This document shows, piece by piece, positions 50,636-61,652 of a stretch of 64,000 nt of DNA. The stretch spans positions 160,001 through 224,000 of the forward strand of contig CAVPNL010000004.1 in the NCBI GenBank assembly GCA_963706575.1, read 5' to 3'. The first letter of the stretch is position 1. Every line of letters starts with the position of its first letter. Under the pieces are notes generated by a model, which saw only the letters and a list, made by a program, of their open reading frames with translations, was not told the origin of the DNA and did not search any database. The position numbers and the translations under genes were made by a program. The stretch comes from an uncultured delta proteobacterium. Its GTDB lineage: Bacteria; Desulfobacterota; Desulfobacteria; Desulfobacterales; JAHEIW01.

Positions 50636-51289
50636 ATGGACAAACCGATTGAAAACTATTGGCAGATTAGACTGGCGGAGGTGAAAACGGCCCTGGAAGC
50701 CAATAACTTTGAAGTTTTTTTAGCGGAAAAAAAGGAGGATGTGCATAAAATCGTCCTTGAGGACCTTATTCCACAATTAAAGCCCAAGACCATATCCTGG
50801 GGCGGTTCCATGACGTTTACCGGATCGGGCCTTTATAAAAAACTCAAAGACAGATCGGATATCGAAGTCTGGGATACGTTCGACGGCAAGATTTCCGATG
50901 ATGAAAAAAATCAACGGCGCCGGCAGGCCTTGCATACCGATCTGTTTATCACCGGAACCAATGCCGTCACCGAAGCCGGACAACTGGTGAACCTGGATAT
51001 GATCGGTAACCGGATCGCGGCGCTGACATTCGGTCCCCGCTGGGTCATCATTATAGTCGGGCGCAATAAAATCGTGCCCGATCTGGAGGAAGCCATTTTC
51101 CGGGTGAAAAACTATGTGGCCCCCACTAATTCCATGCGGCTGGATAAGAAAACACCCTGTGTCAAAACATCTTTTTGCGAAGAATGCAAAAGCCCGGACC
51201 GCATCTGCAATACCTGGACCATTACCGAAAAATCATTTCCCAAAGGCAGGGTAAAAATCGTACTCATTAATGAAGATTTAGGATTGTAA
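50636..51289 (+). CDS. LUD domain (lactate utilization) protein
   Basis: ISWGGSMT, TGTNAVTEAGQLVNLDMIGNR, VGRNKIV, PCVKTSFCEECKSPDRICN. Confidence 0.85.
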   Translation: MDKPIENYWQIRLAEVKTALEANNFEVFLAEKKEDVHKIVLEDLIPQLKPKTISWGGSMTFTGSGLYKKLKDRSDIEVWDTFDGKISDDEKNQRRRQALHTDLFITGTNAVTEAGQLVNLDMIGNRIAALTFGPRWVIIIVGRNKIVPDLEEAIFRVKNYVAPTNSMRLDKKTPCVKTSFCEECKSPDRICNTWTITEKSFPKGRVKIVLINEDLGL

Positions 51290-51339
51290 TTTGATTTAAT
51301 CTTGACACGCAACTATCAATTTCCTACATATCTTTAAAA

Positions 51340-51416
51340 TATTAGGTGGGGGTGGCTGAAATCAGCCTGAGATTATACCCTTGGAACCTGATCTGGGTAA
51401 TTCCAGCGAAGGGAAT
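51340..51416 (+). ncRNA. TPP riboswitch aptamer
   Basis: GGGGGTG...CTGAGA...ATACCC TT GAACCTGATCTGGGTAATTCCAGCGAAGGGA, directly upstream of thiM. Confidence 0.93.
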
Positions 51417-51448
51417 GTGTGGAATCGATCCGCATCGCATTACCGATC

Positions 51449-51478
51449 AAGCCGCTTACCGCTGGAAGCGGCTTTTTT
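51449..51478 (+). terminator. Riboswitch expression-platform terminator
   Basis: aagccgctt-accgctgg-aagcggctttttt. Confidence 0.8.
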
Positions 51479-51536
51479 CATCAATTGGTCGGTATTAAAT
51501 CGAGTTTGACAAATTGCAAACCGGGAGAGATCAATT

Positions 51537-52346
51537 ATGCTAGACCTAAATAAAAAAGCAGCGCAAAATTTATCTGCCATAAGGGCGCAAAAGCCCCTGA
51601 TTCATAACATTACCAATTATGTGGTCATGAATTACACGGCCAATGCCCTGCTGGCAATGGGTGCTTCGCCGGTAATGGCCCACGCCCAGAATGAAGTTGA
51701 AGATATGGTTGCCTTTGCCGGCGCGCTGGTGCTCAATATCGGCACCCTGACTGATGATTGGGTTCATTCCATGATAAAAGCCGGCAAAAAGGCCTCCGAG
51801 CTGCAAACACCCATTATTTTAGACCCGGTCGGCTCCGGGGCCACCCCGCTGCGTACCGACTCCAGCAAACAAATTATCGCGGAAACCCGGGTCAGCGTCA
51901 TCCGCGGCAATGCTTCGGAGATACTTTCCCTGCGGCATGCCGATTCCAAAACAAAGGGGGTGGATTCGATTCACTCGGTGGATGAAGCCGCCAAAACCGC
52001 AACCGTACTGGCTCAGGAACTCGACACCACCCTGGCAATCACCGGGCCGGTGGATCTGATCACCGACGGTGAGCGGGTGATCCGGGTTAAAAATGGACAC
52101 CCCCTGATGGGCTATGTCACCGGAACCGGCTGCACGGCCACCGTGACCATCGGCGCCTTTTTAGCCGTCGACGATGATCCGCTCAGTGCCACGGCAACTG
52201 CCCTGGCCTATTTTGGTCTGGCCGGTGAAGTTGCCGGACAAAATGCCAGCGCTCCGGGAAGCTTCATGATCCAGATGCTCGACGCCCTTTATACCATAAC
52301 CCCCGAAGCGCTTGAAGCGGGCTGTAAAATAGAGGCGGATGAATAG
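51537..52346 (+). CDS. thiM: Hydroxyethylthiazole kinase
   Basis: PLIHNITNYV, GASPVMA, LDPVGSGA, VTGTGC. Confidence 0.95.
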   Translation: MLDLNKKAAQNLSAIRAQKPLIHNITNYVVMNYTANALLAMGASPVMAHAQNEVEDMVAFAGALVLNIGTLTDDWVHSMIKAGKKASELQTPIILDPVGSGATPLRTDSSKQIIAETRVSVIRGNASEILSLRHADSKTKGVDSIHSVDEAAKTATVLAQELDTTLAITGPVDLITDGERVIRVKNGHPLMGYVTGTGCTATVTIGAFLAVDDDPLSATATALAYFGLAGEVAGQNASAPGSFMIQMLDALYTITPEALEAGCKIEADE

Positions 52347-52360
52347 CGCCCCTGGCGCTT

Positions 52361-52505
52361 ATTCATGGTTCTGGGTTCTGGGTTCAAAGGTTGGTTAACG
52401 GAAGATAGATGTCAAAAACGAAAGTAGGGTCGGCCTCTGTGCCGACCTCTGAATGGCGGGCGCAGAGGCCCGCCCTACTTCTGAGCCCAGAACCTTTAGA
52501 CCTTC
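52361..52505. repeat. GTAG REP-like element (52424-52478) in a heptamer wrapper, between thiM and thiE
   Basis: gtagggtcggcctctgtgccgacctctgaatggcgggcgcagaggcccgccctac. Confidence 0.8.
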
Positions 52506-52530
52506 GAGCCGAAAGGTAGGGGCAAGTATT

Positions 52531-53175
52531 ATGAAATTACAAAACATCGACTATTCCCTGTACCTGGTAACCGACCGGGGGTTGGCGCGCGGCCGCACTA
52601 CCCTTGAAATTGTCAGCGCCGCCGTTCACGGAGGCACTACCGTCGTGCAATTACGGGAAAAGGATTGTTCCACCCGGGATTTTATTGAACAGGCCCTGGC
52701 GATTAAAGAATTCCTCACTGATCACGGCGTCCCCCTGATCATTAATGATCGCGTGGATGTTGCCCAGGCCGTAGAAGCCGATGGTGTGCATCTGGGGCAA
52801 ACCGACATGCCTCTCGGAGCAGCCAAAAAGATCCTGGGAGATTCGATGATCATCGGCATATCGGCTGAATCTTTACAGGACGCCATCGAGGCTCAAAAAG
52901 GCGGGGCCGACTACCTGGGCGTCAGCCCCATTTATGCAACGCCCACCAAAACCGATACGGCACCACCTTTCGGCCTGGAAGGGCTGCGGGAAATCCGCAA
53001 GGCCGTCAGGCTCCCGCTGGTCGGCATCGGCGGTTTGAAGCGCGACAACGCCGCCGAAGTCATCCGCAATGGCGCAGACGGCGTGGCCGTGGTTTCCGCG
53101 ATCGTTGCCGCCGACGACCCTCAAGCGGCTGCAGAAGTGTTAAAGCAAATTATTATCGAGGCCCAACAGAAATGA
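52531..53175 (+). CDS. thiE: Thiamine phosphate synthase
   Basis: LYLVTDR, VQLREK, IINDRVDVA, GVHLGQTD, TPTK; start moved downstream of the REP element. Confidence 0.95.
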   Translation: MKLQNIDYSLYLVTDRGLARGRTTLEIVSAAVHGGTTVVQLREKDCSTRDFIEQALAIKEFLTDHGVPLIINDRVDVAQAVEADGVHLGQTDMPLGAAKKILGDSMIIGISAESLQDAIEAQKGGADYLGVSPIYATPTKTDTAPPFGLEGLREIRKAVRLPLVGIGGLKRDNAAEVIRNGADGVAVVSAIVAADDPQAAAEVLKQIIIEAQQK

Positions 53176-54191
53176 CGCTTAAAGAAATCGGCGAATTCGG
53201 TTTTATCAAAAAAATCAGCCGCGGCTGTTTGATTCGACCGGACAACATTATCAAAGCCATCGGTGATGATGCCGCCGCATTTGCAACCGCGCCCGACCAG
53301 CTGTCATTGATCACAACGGACCTGCTGGTTGAACGCGTTCATTTCCTGCGAGAGGCCATCTCCGGGTTTGACCTGGGCTATAAATCCCTGGCCGTCAACC
53401 TGAGCGACATCGCCGCCATGGGCGGCACCGCTCGGGAAGCATTTGTCAGCATCGCCATACCCGATGATTGCCGGCTGGATTATCTCGAAGCCGTATACAG
53501 CGGCATTAAAGATCTGGCCGCCGAATTTGATGTCAACGTTCTGGGCGGGGACACCACCCGCTCAAAAAAGGACCTGATCATTAATATCGTGGTGCAGGGC
53601 ATCGTATCAAAAGAAGAGCTCTTATGCCGCGATGCCGCCAGGGCCGGAGATGTGATCTTTTCCACCGGTTTTCTGGGAGACAGTAAAGCCGGATTGCATC
53701 TGATATTAAATCAAATTGACGCCGACACCGAACCGCTGGCAGCATTACTGAAGGCCCATCTGGTACCGCAACCGCATCTACCGGAGGGGCGCTTTCTCGC
53801 CTGCCAACCCGGTGTTCATGCCGCCATCGATACCAGTGACGGCTTGAGTTCAGACCTTGCCCATATTGCCGAAGAAAGCCGGGTGGGCGCCCGTCTGTAT
53901 GCGGAAAAAATCCCCATTTCGCCAAACCTGAAAGACTTCTGCACCCGTTTTGATTTTGACCCGATAAATTACGCCCTTTCCGGGGGCGAGGATTACACTC
54001 TGCTGTGCACGATCGCACCGCAGAATGCAGACAAAATTGCGCATGATTTTGAAAAGGAATTTAAGCGCCCGCTTTTCGCTATCGGAGAAATAACCGCAAA
54101 GAAACAGATAGAAGTCGTTTATGCGGGCGGTGAAACCAAACCCCTGCCCCCCACGGGTTGGGATCATTTCAAGGCCGAAGAAAATGAATGA
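53172..54191 (+). CDS. thiL: Thiamine-monophosphate kinase
   Basis: GEFGFI, IGDDAA, NLSDIAAMG, GGDT, DTSDGL, GGEDY. Confidence 0.95.
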   Translation: MTLKEIGEFGFIKKISRGCLIRPDNIIKAIGDDAAAFATAPDQLSLITTDLLVERVHFLREAISGFDLGYKSLAVNLSDIAAMGGTAREAFVSIAIPDDCRLDYLEAVYSGIKDLAAEFDVNVLGGDTTRSKKDLIINIVVQGIVSKEELLCRDAARAGDVIFSTGFLGDSKAGLHLILNQIDADTEPLAALLKAHLVPQPHLPEGRFLACQPGVHAAIDTSDGLSSDLAHIAEESRVGARLYAEKIPISPNLKDFCTRFDFDPINYALSGGEDYTLLCTIAPQNADKIAHDFEKEFKRPLFAIGEITAKKQIEVVYAGGETKPLPPTGWDHFKAEENE

Positions 54192-55023
54192 AGCTTCGCA
54201 ACATCGGAAAACTCCCGCACAATATTGTAAAGTCCTGACCATCGCCGGCTCCGACAGCGGCGGCGGCGCCGGCATTCAGGCCGATCTAAAAACCTTTTCC
54301 GCCATTGGCTGTTACGGCATGTCGGTCATAACGGCCCTGACCGCCCAGAATACCCAAGGCGTAAATGGCATCCATGCTGTCCCCCCGGCTTTTGTCGTGC
54401 AGCAAATTGAAGCGGTGTTCAGTGATATAGGCGCCGACGCCGTCAAAATCGGGATGCTTTACTCGGCCGAGCTAATCGAAGCGGTGGCCGCAGCGCTTAA
54501 AAAACATCGCGCCCGTAAGATCGTGCTGGACCCGGTCATGGTGGCCCAGAGCGGCGACAAACTGCTGCAGGACGACGCCATCGAAGCCATCAAAACGCAT
54601 TTGATGCCACTGGCAGATGTGGTCACGCCCAATATACCGGAAGCTTCAGTCCTGTGCGGAAGGCAGTTAGCACAATGGAGCGATATTGAGAGCGCTGCCA
54701 AAACTCTGGCGCAACACGGCAGCCACAGCATTCTGATTAAAGGCGGCCACGGGGATGAGGATAAAAGCACCGATCTTCTTTTCCTGGCCCGTGAAAATCG
54801 CTTTGTCAGCCTGACGGCCGACCGCATCAAGACCAACAACAACCACGGAACCGGCTGTACCCTGTCATCGGCGATTGCCGGTTATATGGCCAGGGGCAAG
54901 GATATCGAGGCAGCCGTTCAAGAAGCCAAATCGTTTATGAACCAGGCCATCGCCGCCGGCGCAGCCTATAAACTCGGCCACGGACACGGCCCGGTGCATC
55001 ATTTTTTTCAATGGTGGGAGTAG
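54184..55023 (+). CDS. thiD: Hydroxymethylpyrimidine/phosphomethylpyrimidine kinase
   Basis: LTIAGSDSGGGAGIQADLK, DPVM, HGTGCTLS, GHGPVHHF. Confidence 0.95.
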   Translation: MNEASQHRKTPAQYCKVLTIAGSDSGGGAGIQADLKTFSAIGCYGMSVITALTAQNTQGVNGIHAVPPAFVVQQIEAVFSDIGADAVKIGMLYSAELIEAVAAALKKHRARKIVLDPVMVAQSGDKLLQDDAIEAIKTHLMPLADVVTPNIPEASVLCGRQLAQWSDIESAAKTLAQHGSHSILIKGGHGDEDKSTDLLFLARENRFVSLTADRIKTNNNHGTGCTLSSAIAGYMARGKDIEAAVQEAKSFMNQAIAAGAAYKLGHGHGPVHHFFQWWE

Positions 55024-55093
55024 CAGTTTCCAAAAATTACAGCTTTTAAGAATCTATGGATATCACAAGTTCTCTGTTTTAGTGATATTCTCA

Positions 55094-55201
55094 GAGACTG
55101 TCGAAAAAGTCTAATTTCAACCATTTTCCAAAATTCGGGTATAGTAATATCAAGTACTTAGAGGCACTAAAAACACACATTTTAGGTTTTCCGACAGTCT
55201 C
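55094..55201. mobile_element. 108-bp MITE with terminal inverted repeats and a 3-bp TCA target-site duplication
   Basis: tca|gagactgtcgaaaaagtctaa ... ttaggttttccgacagtctc|tca. Confidence 0.7.
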
Positions 55202-55299
55202 TCAATGTATCGGTACTTGGATGGTATTTGGTTTTCTTGATAAATATCTATCCTGTACTTTTAGACCGACTAACTTGGATTTATTGAAAGTGATCATTC

Positions 55300-55602
55300 A
55301 TGTCGAAAGAGGAGTCAAAAAGGAAAAGTTATAGACGCGGGGTTAGGTTTTCATTAAAGGCACCCACTGCAAAAGAGGTCTTTCTGGTGGGAGATTTTAA
55401 TAATTGGTATGCCGGAGTTAATCCCATGAAACTTGATGAGGATGGATCATGGAAGGTAAGCTTAATTATTCCTCCTGGAAGGTATGAATTCAAGTTATTG
55501 GTGGATGGCAAATGGCGTGAGGGAACAAAAGAGGAACAGACAGTTCCCAATTGTTTCGGGACTTTGAACAATGTCCTGATTGTGCCCGAAAAGGGGAAAT
55601 AA
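55300..55602 (+). CDS. Glycogen-binding (CBM48/AMPK-beta-like) domain protein
   Basis: AKEVFLVGDFNNW, PGRYEFKLLVDGKW, PNCFGTLNNVL. Confidence 0.85.
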   Translation: MSKEESKRKSYRRGVRFSLKAPTAKEVFLVGDFNNWYAGVNPMKLDEDGSWKVSLIIPPGRYEFKLLVDGKWREGTKEEQTVPNCFGTLNNVLIVPEKGK

Positions 55603-55675
55603 TTCTATTCCATTGCACAAAACAGTGTATATCAATTCTGAAAATTCTTGTGATATTCAATTTTAATCACAACTC

Positions 55676-55714
55676 AAAAGGGTGAATCCGACCCTATGGA
55701 TTTGCCCTTTTTTT
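55676..55714 (+). terminator. Intrinsic terminator
   Basis: aaaagggtgaatcc-gaccctat-ggatttgcccttttttt. Confidence 0.7.
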
Positions 55715-55946
55715 AGCTTCAAAGCCGCATTTTTCCGGCCTTCGGTTTGACGCCAGATTTAAAAATGCGATCGGTTGCAGATATCCATCTCATATCTGAA
55801 GTTTCGCCAATTTTTGGATACTCTCAATCGGTAGTTGGCTGGTATTTGGTTTTCTGGTACGATACTCTATGGAAGTTAAGGATGTAATACATTACAAAGG
55901 TAATGATATACAAATCTGAATAATCACTTGTTAGGAAGGGTAGAAA

Positions 55947-56411
55947 ATGAAAGAATTGCGCAGAAAAGACCGTGCTATCAAGGAGGAGGAAGCCATAGCT
56001 ATTTTAAATAAGGCGGAATACGGCGTGCTATCGACAGTCGCTGAAAATGGAGAGCCCTATGGTGTGCCCCTGAACTTTTGTTCAATTAATCACTGTATAT
56101 ATTTCCATTGTGCTGTTGAGGGACAGAAACTTGACAATATCAAACAAAATAGATCTGTCTCCTTTTGCGCTGTTGGAAATACAGAGGTATTACCTGATAA
56201 ATTTGGCACAAAATATGAGAGTGTGATAGTTTCAGGAGAGGCTGAAGAAGTGTTTGATATGAATAAGCAGCTTGCCCTGGAAGGAATATTGCATAAGTAT
56301 TCTCCAGAATTCATTGACAAGGGAATAAAATATATCGAGGATTTAAAAGAAAAAACCAGAGTATTCAAAATTACCATCAATAAATTAACCGGCAAAGCAC
56401 GAAGGCAATGA
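55947..56411 (+). CDS. Pyridoxamine 5'-phosphate oxidase-like flavin-binding protein (NimA-like)
   Basis: MKELRRKDR, PYGVPLNF, IYFHCA.EGQK, YESVI, LTGKAR. Confidence 0.87.
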   Translation: MKELRRKDRAIKEEEAIAILNKAEYGVLSTVAENGEPYGVPLNFCSINHCIYFHCAVEGQKLDNIKQNRSVSFCAVGNTEVLPDKFGTKYESVIVSGEAEEVFDMNKQLALEGILHKYSPEFIDKGIKYIEDLKEKTRVFKITINKLTGKARRQ

Positions 56412-56498
56412 TTCCGCCAAAAAAATCTTTCGATTGACACTTTTTCGCCACGCTCAATAGACAGGTGCACTCAAGCGATAGATTTCATTGATCAACAT

Positions 56499-56930
56499 AT
56501 GGAGGAAAAAATGCCTGACATCTTGCTTGGAGTCATAATTGGCGGATTAATTGCAAGCATAACTCCGATAGTTATGATAATTTTAGATCACAGACGTTGG
56601 CGACGTCAGTCAGCACTTGAGCAGCTAAGATTTGAACGGAATAGACTTGAGAAAATATTCAGAGCGAATCTTAAAAGGTTTTCGAAGGCAATCACTGAGA
56701 ATAGCTATCCATCAGATATGATCATGGATTTTATTTTAACGATGCCGAATGAGGTTTCTTCGAAATTCAAAGATTTTTTAGCTGACCCTAATAAAACAGA
56801 TGCAAAATGTAAAAAAGCTTATTTTAATGTAGTTTCATCGATGAAAAAGATCTTATCTGATATCGACAGTAAAATTGAAAACATAATTTCTCAAAAACCA
56901 AAATTCTTTAAAATTCCACCTAAAAAATAG
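56499..56930 (+). CDS. Hypothetical protein with an N-terminal membrane anchor (start probably ATG 56511)
   Basis: LLGVIIGGLIASITPIVMIIL; GGAGG upstream of 56511. Confidence 0.65.
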   Translation: MEEKMPDILLGVIIGGLIASITPIVMIILDHRRWRRQSALEQLRFERNRLEKIFRANLKRFSKAITENSYPSDMIMDFILTMPNEVSSKFKDFLADPNKTDAKCKKAYFNVVSSMKKILSDIDSKIENIISQKPKFFKIPPKK

Positions 56931-57295
56931 TCGATCTAAAACTCCATATTTCTCCAACTTATCAAAGATTTTTGAGGCCATAAATTGGCCCAATATCTTT
57001 GTTGGTGCCTCACTTTAAATCCTCGACATACAACAGTATGCCTGCGGTTTACGACCCACAAGCCGTATAAGATCAGACGGGGAATCCCGCAACGCGGTAA
57101 AACTCGGCCCTGCCGTGCGTGTCCCGGCGAAGCCTTTAGGCGAAGACGGGATCTTGAACCAAAATCCTATTTTGGAGATGGGTTCTATATACTCATTGAT
57201 TTGACACAAGATTATATTTACGATATTTAAATTTCACCATCCTGCCTTACTTCAACATCATTCAAACTGCATAACCATTAATGGAGGGCACGAAA

Positions 57296-60200
57296 ATGCT
57301 ATGCCCGAAGTGTCAGTTTGAGAATGCCGATGGCATGAATTTCTGCGGCAAGTGCGGAGCAAAATTAGAAATGTTTTGTCCGCAGTGCAATTTCGGGAAT
57401 CCCCCTGAATACGAATTTTGCGGAAAATGTGGTTATAAGCTGTCCCTTCCTTCAGAAACCGCTACCAAAGAACTTTCCTTTGATGAAAAATTAGACCAAG
57501 ATTCAAAAGTACCTTCCCAAAGGCCTTACCGAAAAAATCCTATCTCAAAGAGACCGGATTGAAGGCGAGCGCAAGCAGGTGACGGTGATGTTCTGCGACA
57601 TGGAGGGTTTTACCCCTCTGTCGGAATTGCTGGGTATCGAAGAAGCCTACTCGATCATGGATCAGGTTTACGAAATCCTGATTCATAAAGTCCACGACTA
57701 TGAAGGTACGGTCAACGAGATGACCGGTGATGGGATTATGGCGCTTTTTGGCGCTCCGATTGCCCTGGAGGATGCACCGCAACGCGCAATTCGATCAAGC
57801 CTTGCCATTCACCGAGAGATGGCAAAATTCAGTGACCAATTGAAGCAAGAAAAAAAGGATATCCCGTCTGTTAAAATGCGGATTGGCATACACACAGGAC
57901 CGGTAGTCGTCGGTACTGTGGGCAACGATCTGCGGGTTGAGTTCAAGGCAGTTGGCGATACAGTAAATCTGGCTTCTAGAATGGAAGGACTGGCAGATCC
58001 AGGGACAACCTATGTAACAGAGGATACATTCAAACTTACTGAAGGGCTTTTTCGGTTTGAGGCCCTTGGGAGAAAAAGAGATTAAAGGTAAGAAAGAGCC
58101 AGTGAAAGTTTACCGGGCGATTGCCCCCAGTACCAGCAGGACCAGATTCGATGTCAGTGCTGAGAGAGGCCTGACACCGTTTGTAGGAAGGGAGCGAGAG
58201 CTTGAACTTTTAATCGATGGCTTTGAGCGGGCCAAAGCAGGTCGTGGACAGGCCTTTTCGATCGTGTCTGAGGCTGGGATAGGTAAATCAAGGCTCTTGT
58301 ATGAGTTCAGAAAAGCGGTCGCCAGTGAAGATGTGATGTTTTTAGAGGGAAGATGCCTGTCCTACAGCAGCGGGGTTGCTTACCATCCAGTTATAGACAT
58401 CCTAAAAGCAAACTTCGATATCCGCCAGGGTGATGGGGATTCAGAAATCAGGGAAAAAGTCAAAAGAGGTTTGAAAATAATAGGGTTGGATGAAGCTTCT
58501 TCTCTTCCTTATCTGCTGGAGCTTTTTTCGGTGAAAGACAGCGGTATCGAAAAGATTCCTATGAGCCCCGAAGGCAAAAAAAGAACGAATGATGGAGGTA
58601 TTCAAACTAATCACCCTCAAGGGTTCTGAGATCCGGCCTCTAATTACGGCTTATGAAGACCTCCACTGGTTGGATAAGAGTTCAGAGGAAGTATTGAAAT
58701 ATGTTTTGGAAAGCATACCGGGGGCAAGGGTCTTGATGATATTCACCTACCGGCCTGAGTTCGTGCATACCTGGGGCGGCAAGTCATATCACAGTCAGAT
58801 GAACCTCAACCGACTCTCCAACCGGGAAAGCCTATCGATGGTGAGCGACCTTCTGGACACAGAGTCCATCGATAGTGATCTTGAAGAGTTAATTCTGGAA
58901 AAGACAGAAGGGGTTCCCTTTTTCATTGAAGAGTTCATACAGATCCCTTAATGATCTAAAGATCATCGAGAAAAAACACAACAAATACCGCTTAGCAAAA
59001 GATATCCAGGATGTGACCATTCCTTCCACGATTCATGATGTCATCATGGCCCGGGTGGACTCGCTTGCCTGAGGGTGCCAAAGAGGTGCTTCAGATCGGA
59101 TCAGTAATCGGGAGGGAATTCAGTCACGATCTGATCATGAAGGTGATAAACCTTCCGGAAGCTGAATTATTGTCAAATCTCTCGGCCTTAAAGGATTCAG
59201 AGCTTCTCTATGAGAGAGGTATATTTCCCCAGTCCACCTATATCTTTAAGCATGCCCTGACCCAGGACGTGGTCTATGATTCGATACTGACCAAGAGTAG
59301 AAAGCATATTCACGAAGAGGTGGGCAAAGCCATAGAAAATCTCTATGCGGAGAGGCTGGAAGAGTTTTACGAGATGTTGGCCCTCCATTACGCCGAAGCG
59401 GGCCTCAGTAAGAAGGCGATTGGCTACTGCCAGCGGGCGGGTACGCGCGCCACCGAGCGCTCGGCGTACCAGGAGGCAATAAGCCACTTGACGACCGGCC
59501 TGAGCTTGCTCCAGAACCTGCCGGAGACCCTGGCGCGTCATCAGCAGGAACTGGCGCTGCAGACTGCGCTTGGGGCAGCATCGCTTATGGTCAGAGGGCA
59601 CACGGCTCCCGAAGTGGAAGCCGCCTACAGGCGGGCTCATGTCCTTTGCCAGCAGCTGGGTGACACCCAGGACATGACTTCCTGTCTTGTTTGGTCTGTG
59701 GCGGTTCTATGTGATGCGGGCTGATTATGACATGGCCCGCCAGCTTGGTGAGGAGCTCCTCGGTCTATCCGAGCGGAGCGACGAGTTACCGCTTCATGTC
59801 CTTCCGCATTATGCGGCGGGCTTCACTTGCTTCTGTCTGGGGGAGCTGCTCCGGGCGCGCAGCCACTTAGAGGAAGGCATAGCGCACTATAACCCGGCCC
59901 AGCGGAGTATCCCCGTGTTTCGGGCCGGTCAAGACCCCGGTGTCGCCTGTCGCTTCTATGCAGCCCTTACGCTGTGGCTCCTGGGCTACCCTGACCAAGC
60001 CCTGGCGCGCGCCCAAGATGGACTGGTGCTGGCCACCGAGCTTGCCCACCCCTTCAGTAATGCCTTTGCTCTGGTTGGTGTGTCCATGGTAGAGCGGCTT
60101 CGCCGAGACGAGCAGGACGTCTATGACCACGCTGAGGCTACCGTGAACCTCTCGACCGAGCAGGGTTTTCCATCCTGGTTGGCGTTGGGCACAGTTATGC

Positions 60201-60709
60201 GGGGCTGGGCCTTGACGGCCCTGGGGCAGCGACGAGGAAGGGATGATACAGTTACGCCAAGGTATCACGGACTGGCGTGCCATTGGAACAGAATTGTTCG
60301 TGCCGTATTTCCTGGCCGACCTGGCCGATGGGTATGGCGCTCTCAAGCAAGTCGACGAGGCACTCGACGCCCTGAAAGAGGGATGGGAGGGGATGGAGCG
60401 GACGGGCGAACACTGGTGGAAAGCCGAGGTGCATCGCCTTAAAGGGGACCTGCTGTTGCATCAGTCCACTTCGGATGTAGCTCAGGCCGGCAAACTGCTT
60501 CCGGCAGGCCCTCGACGTGGCCCGAAGTCAACAGGCCAAATCCTTGGAGCTCCGCGCGGCCACCAGCCTGGCTAGACTCTGGCTGTCCCAGAGATAAGCG
60601 TCAGGAGGCCTATGACCTGCTGGCGCCGGTGCACGACTGGTTCACCGAGGGATTTGACACCGCCGACCTCCAGGAAGCGAAAGCGTTGCTAACGGAACTT
60701 GAGAAGTAG
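57296..60709 (+). pseudogene. Double zinc ribbon + class III adenylate/guanylate cyclase + AAA/STAND ATPase + TPR gene with nine +1 frameshifts (pseudogene or assembly errors)
   Basis: Collinear fragments: MLCPKC..FCGKCG; ERKQVTVMFCDMEGFT, GDGIMALFGAP, GDTVNLASR; FVGREREL, EAGIGKSRL, EDLHWLD, GVPFFIEE, FKHALTQDVVY; ELRAATSLARLW, WFTEGFDTADL. Confidence 0.85.
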
Positions 60710-61046
60710 ATTCCTTTCAAGAGACGGGCGTCGCCGAGATCTTGCGAAAGGGTTGCTTTTTCTTATCCGACTGAACCCCTGTATTCGACAACCCTCACGT
60801 GCCCCTATTGCTGGCTCACGGTTGAGTTTGACCCCTTCGCTCTTCAGTCATGGGTGAACCCCATTCTTTTTGGCAATAAATACATCCGTATTTTTCTAGT
60901 TCATGATTTGGCACTAAAGCCGCAGGTACGATAAGTTGCATATATCCGTCTAATGCCTGAAAAATTTTTAGAAAAATTGATACTTGGAGATCTCTCAATA
61001 AATCACCAGTTCAACAAAAAAGTTTTACAATAGTTGGGGAAATGCT

Positions 61047-61652
61047 ATGAGTAAAAAGAATTTTTTGTCGGCTTCATTCCTTCTTATCTTTGCTACAACC
61101 GGTTTTGCCTCCCAAATCAGTAGGATTACCTTATCTGAATTGTATGTAAAATCTGATCTGATCGTAATGGCAGAAGTCGTCAAGCTGGTTAAAAATGGCA
61201 ACCAGGACCAGGTTACCATAAAGGCTGATGTGCATCTGAAGGGTATGAGCTCTCAAACAGTCTATACTTTCGATCTTTTCACCCGTGGAGGGCTGAAAGA
61301 TTTTGACCCATCCCTCAAGGAAGGCGATACGGGAATCTTCTTCCTGAAAATCAGAGAACAGGACGATCAAGTTGAAAAAGCCTATTGGGGTAGTGTTGCC
61401 ACTTTCCAGAAAAATCACTTTGACTCAGCGGCCACCACCTCTTCCACATTACTTGATGCTTGGCGTTCTCATCGAGTCAAACACCGGCAGATAAGGGATA
61501 TCGAAGCGTATGAACGTGGATTTCGAAAAGGATTTGCCGGCCCAGCGGGACTTGTGGACGGTTCGGCCGATTTCAACTTGGGGCATTCTGACGGGATGAT
61601 CGCAAAAATGAAGAAATTCCCCGATCAGAAGGATGCGGTCGACGGCAAATAG
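61047..61652 (+). CDS. Hypothetical exported protein
   Basis: Signal peptide; ITLSELYVKSDLIVMAEV. Confidence 0.65.
   Translation: MSKKNFLSASFLLIFATTGFASQISRITLSELYVKSDLIVMAEVVKLVKNGNQDQVTIKADVHLKGMSSQTVYTFDLFTRGGLKDFDPSLKEGDTGIFFLKIREQDDQVEKAYWGSVATFQKNHFDSAATTSSTLLDAWRSHRVKHRQIRDIEAYERGFRKGFAGPAGLVDGSADFNLGHSDGMIAKMKKFPDQKDAVDGK

Noticed and set aside
56985..57230. Short ORFs upstream of the cyclase gene
   Set aside because: They span a small palindromic repeat (cccggcgaagcctttaggcgaagacggg) and promoter-like sequence, with no coding signal
57296..60709. Programmed frameshifting or phase variation of the cyclase gene
   Set aside because: Nine separate shifts, mostly outside slippery or homopolymer tracts, cannot plausibly be programmed
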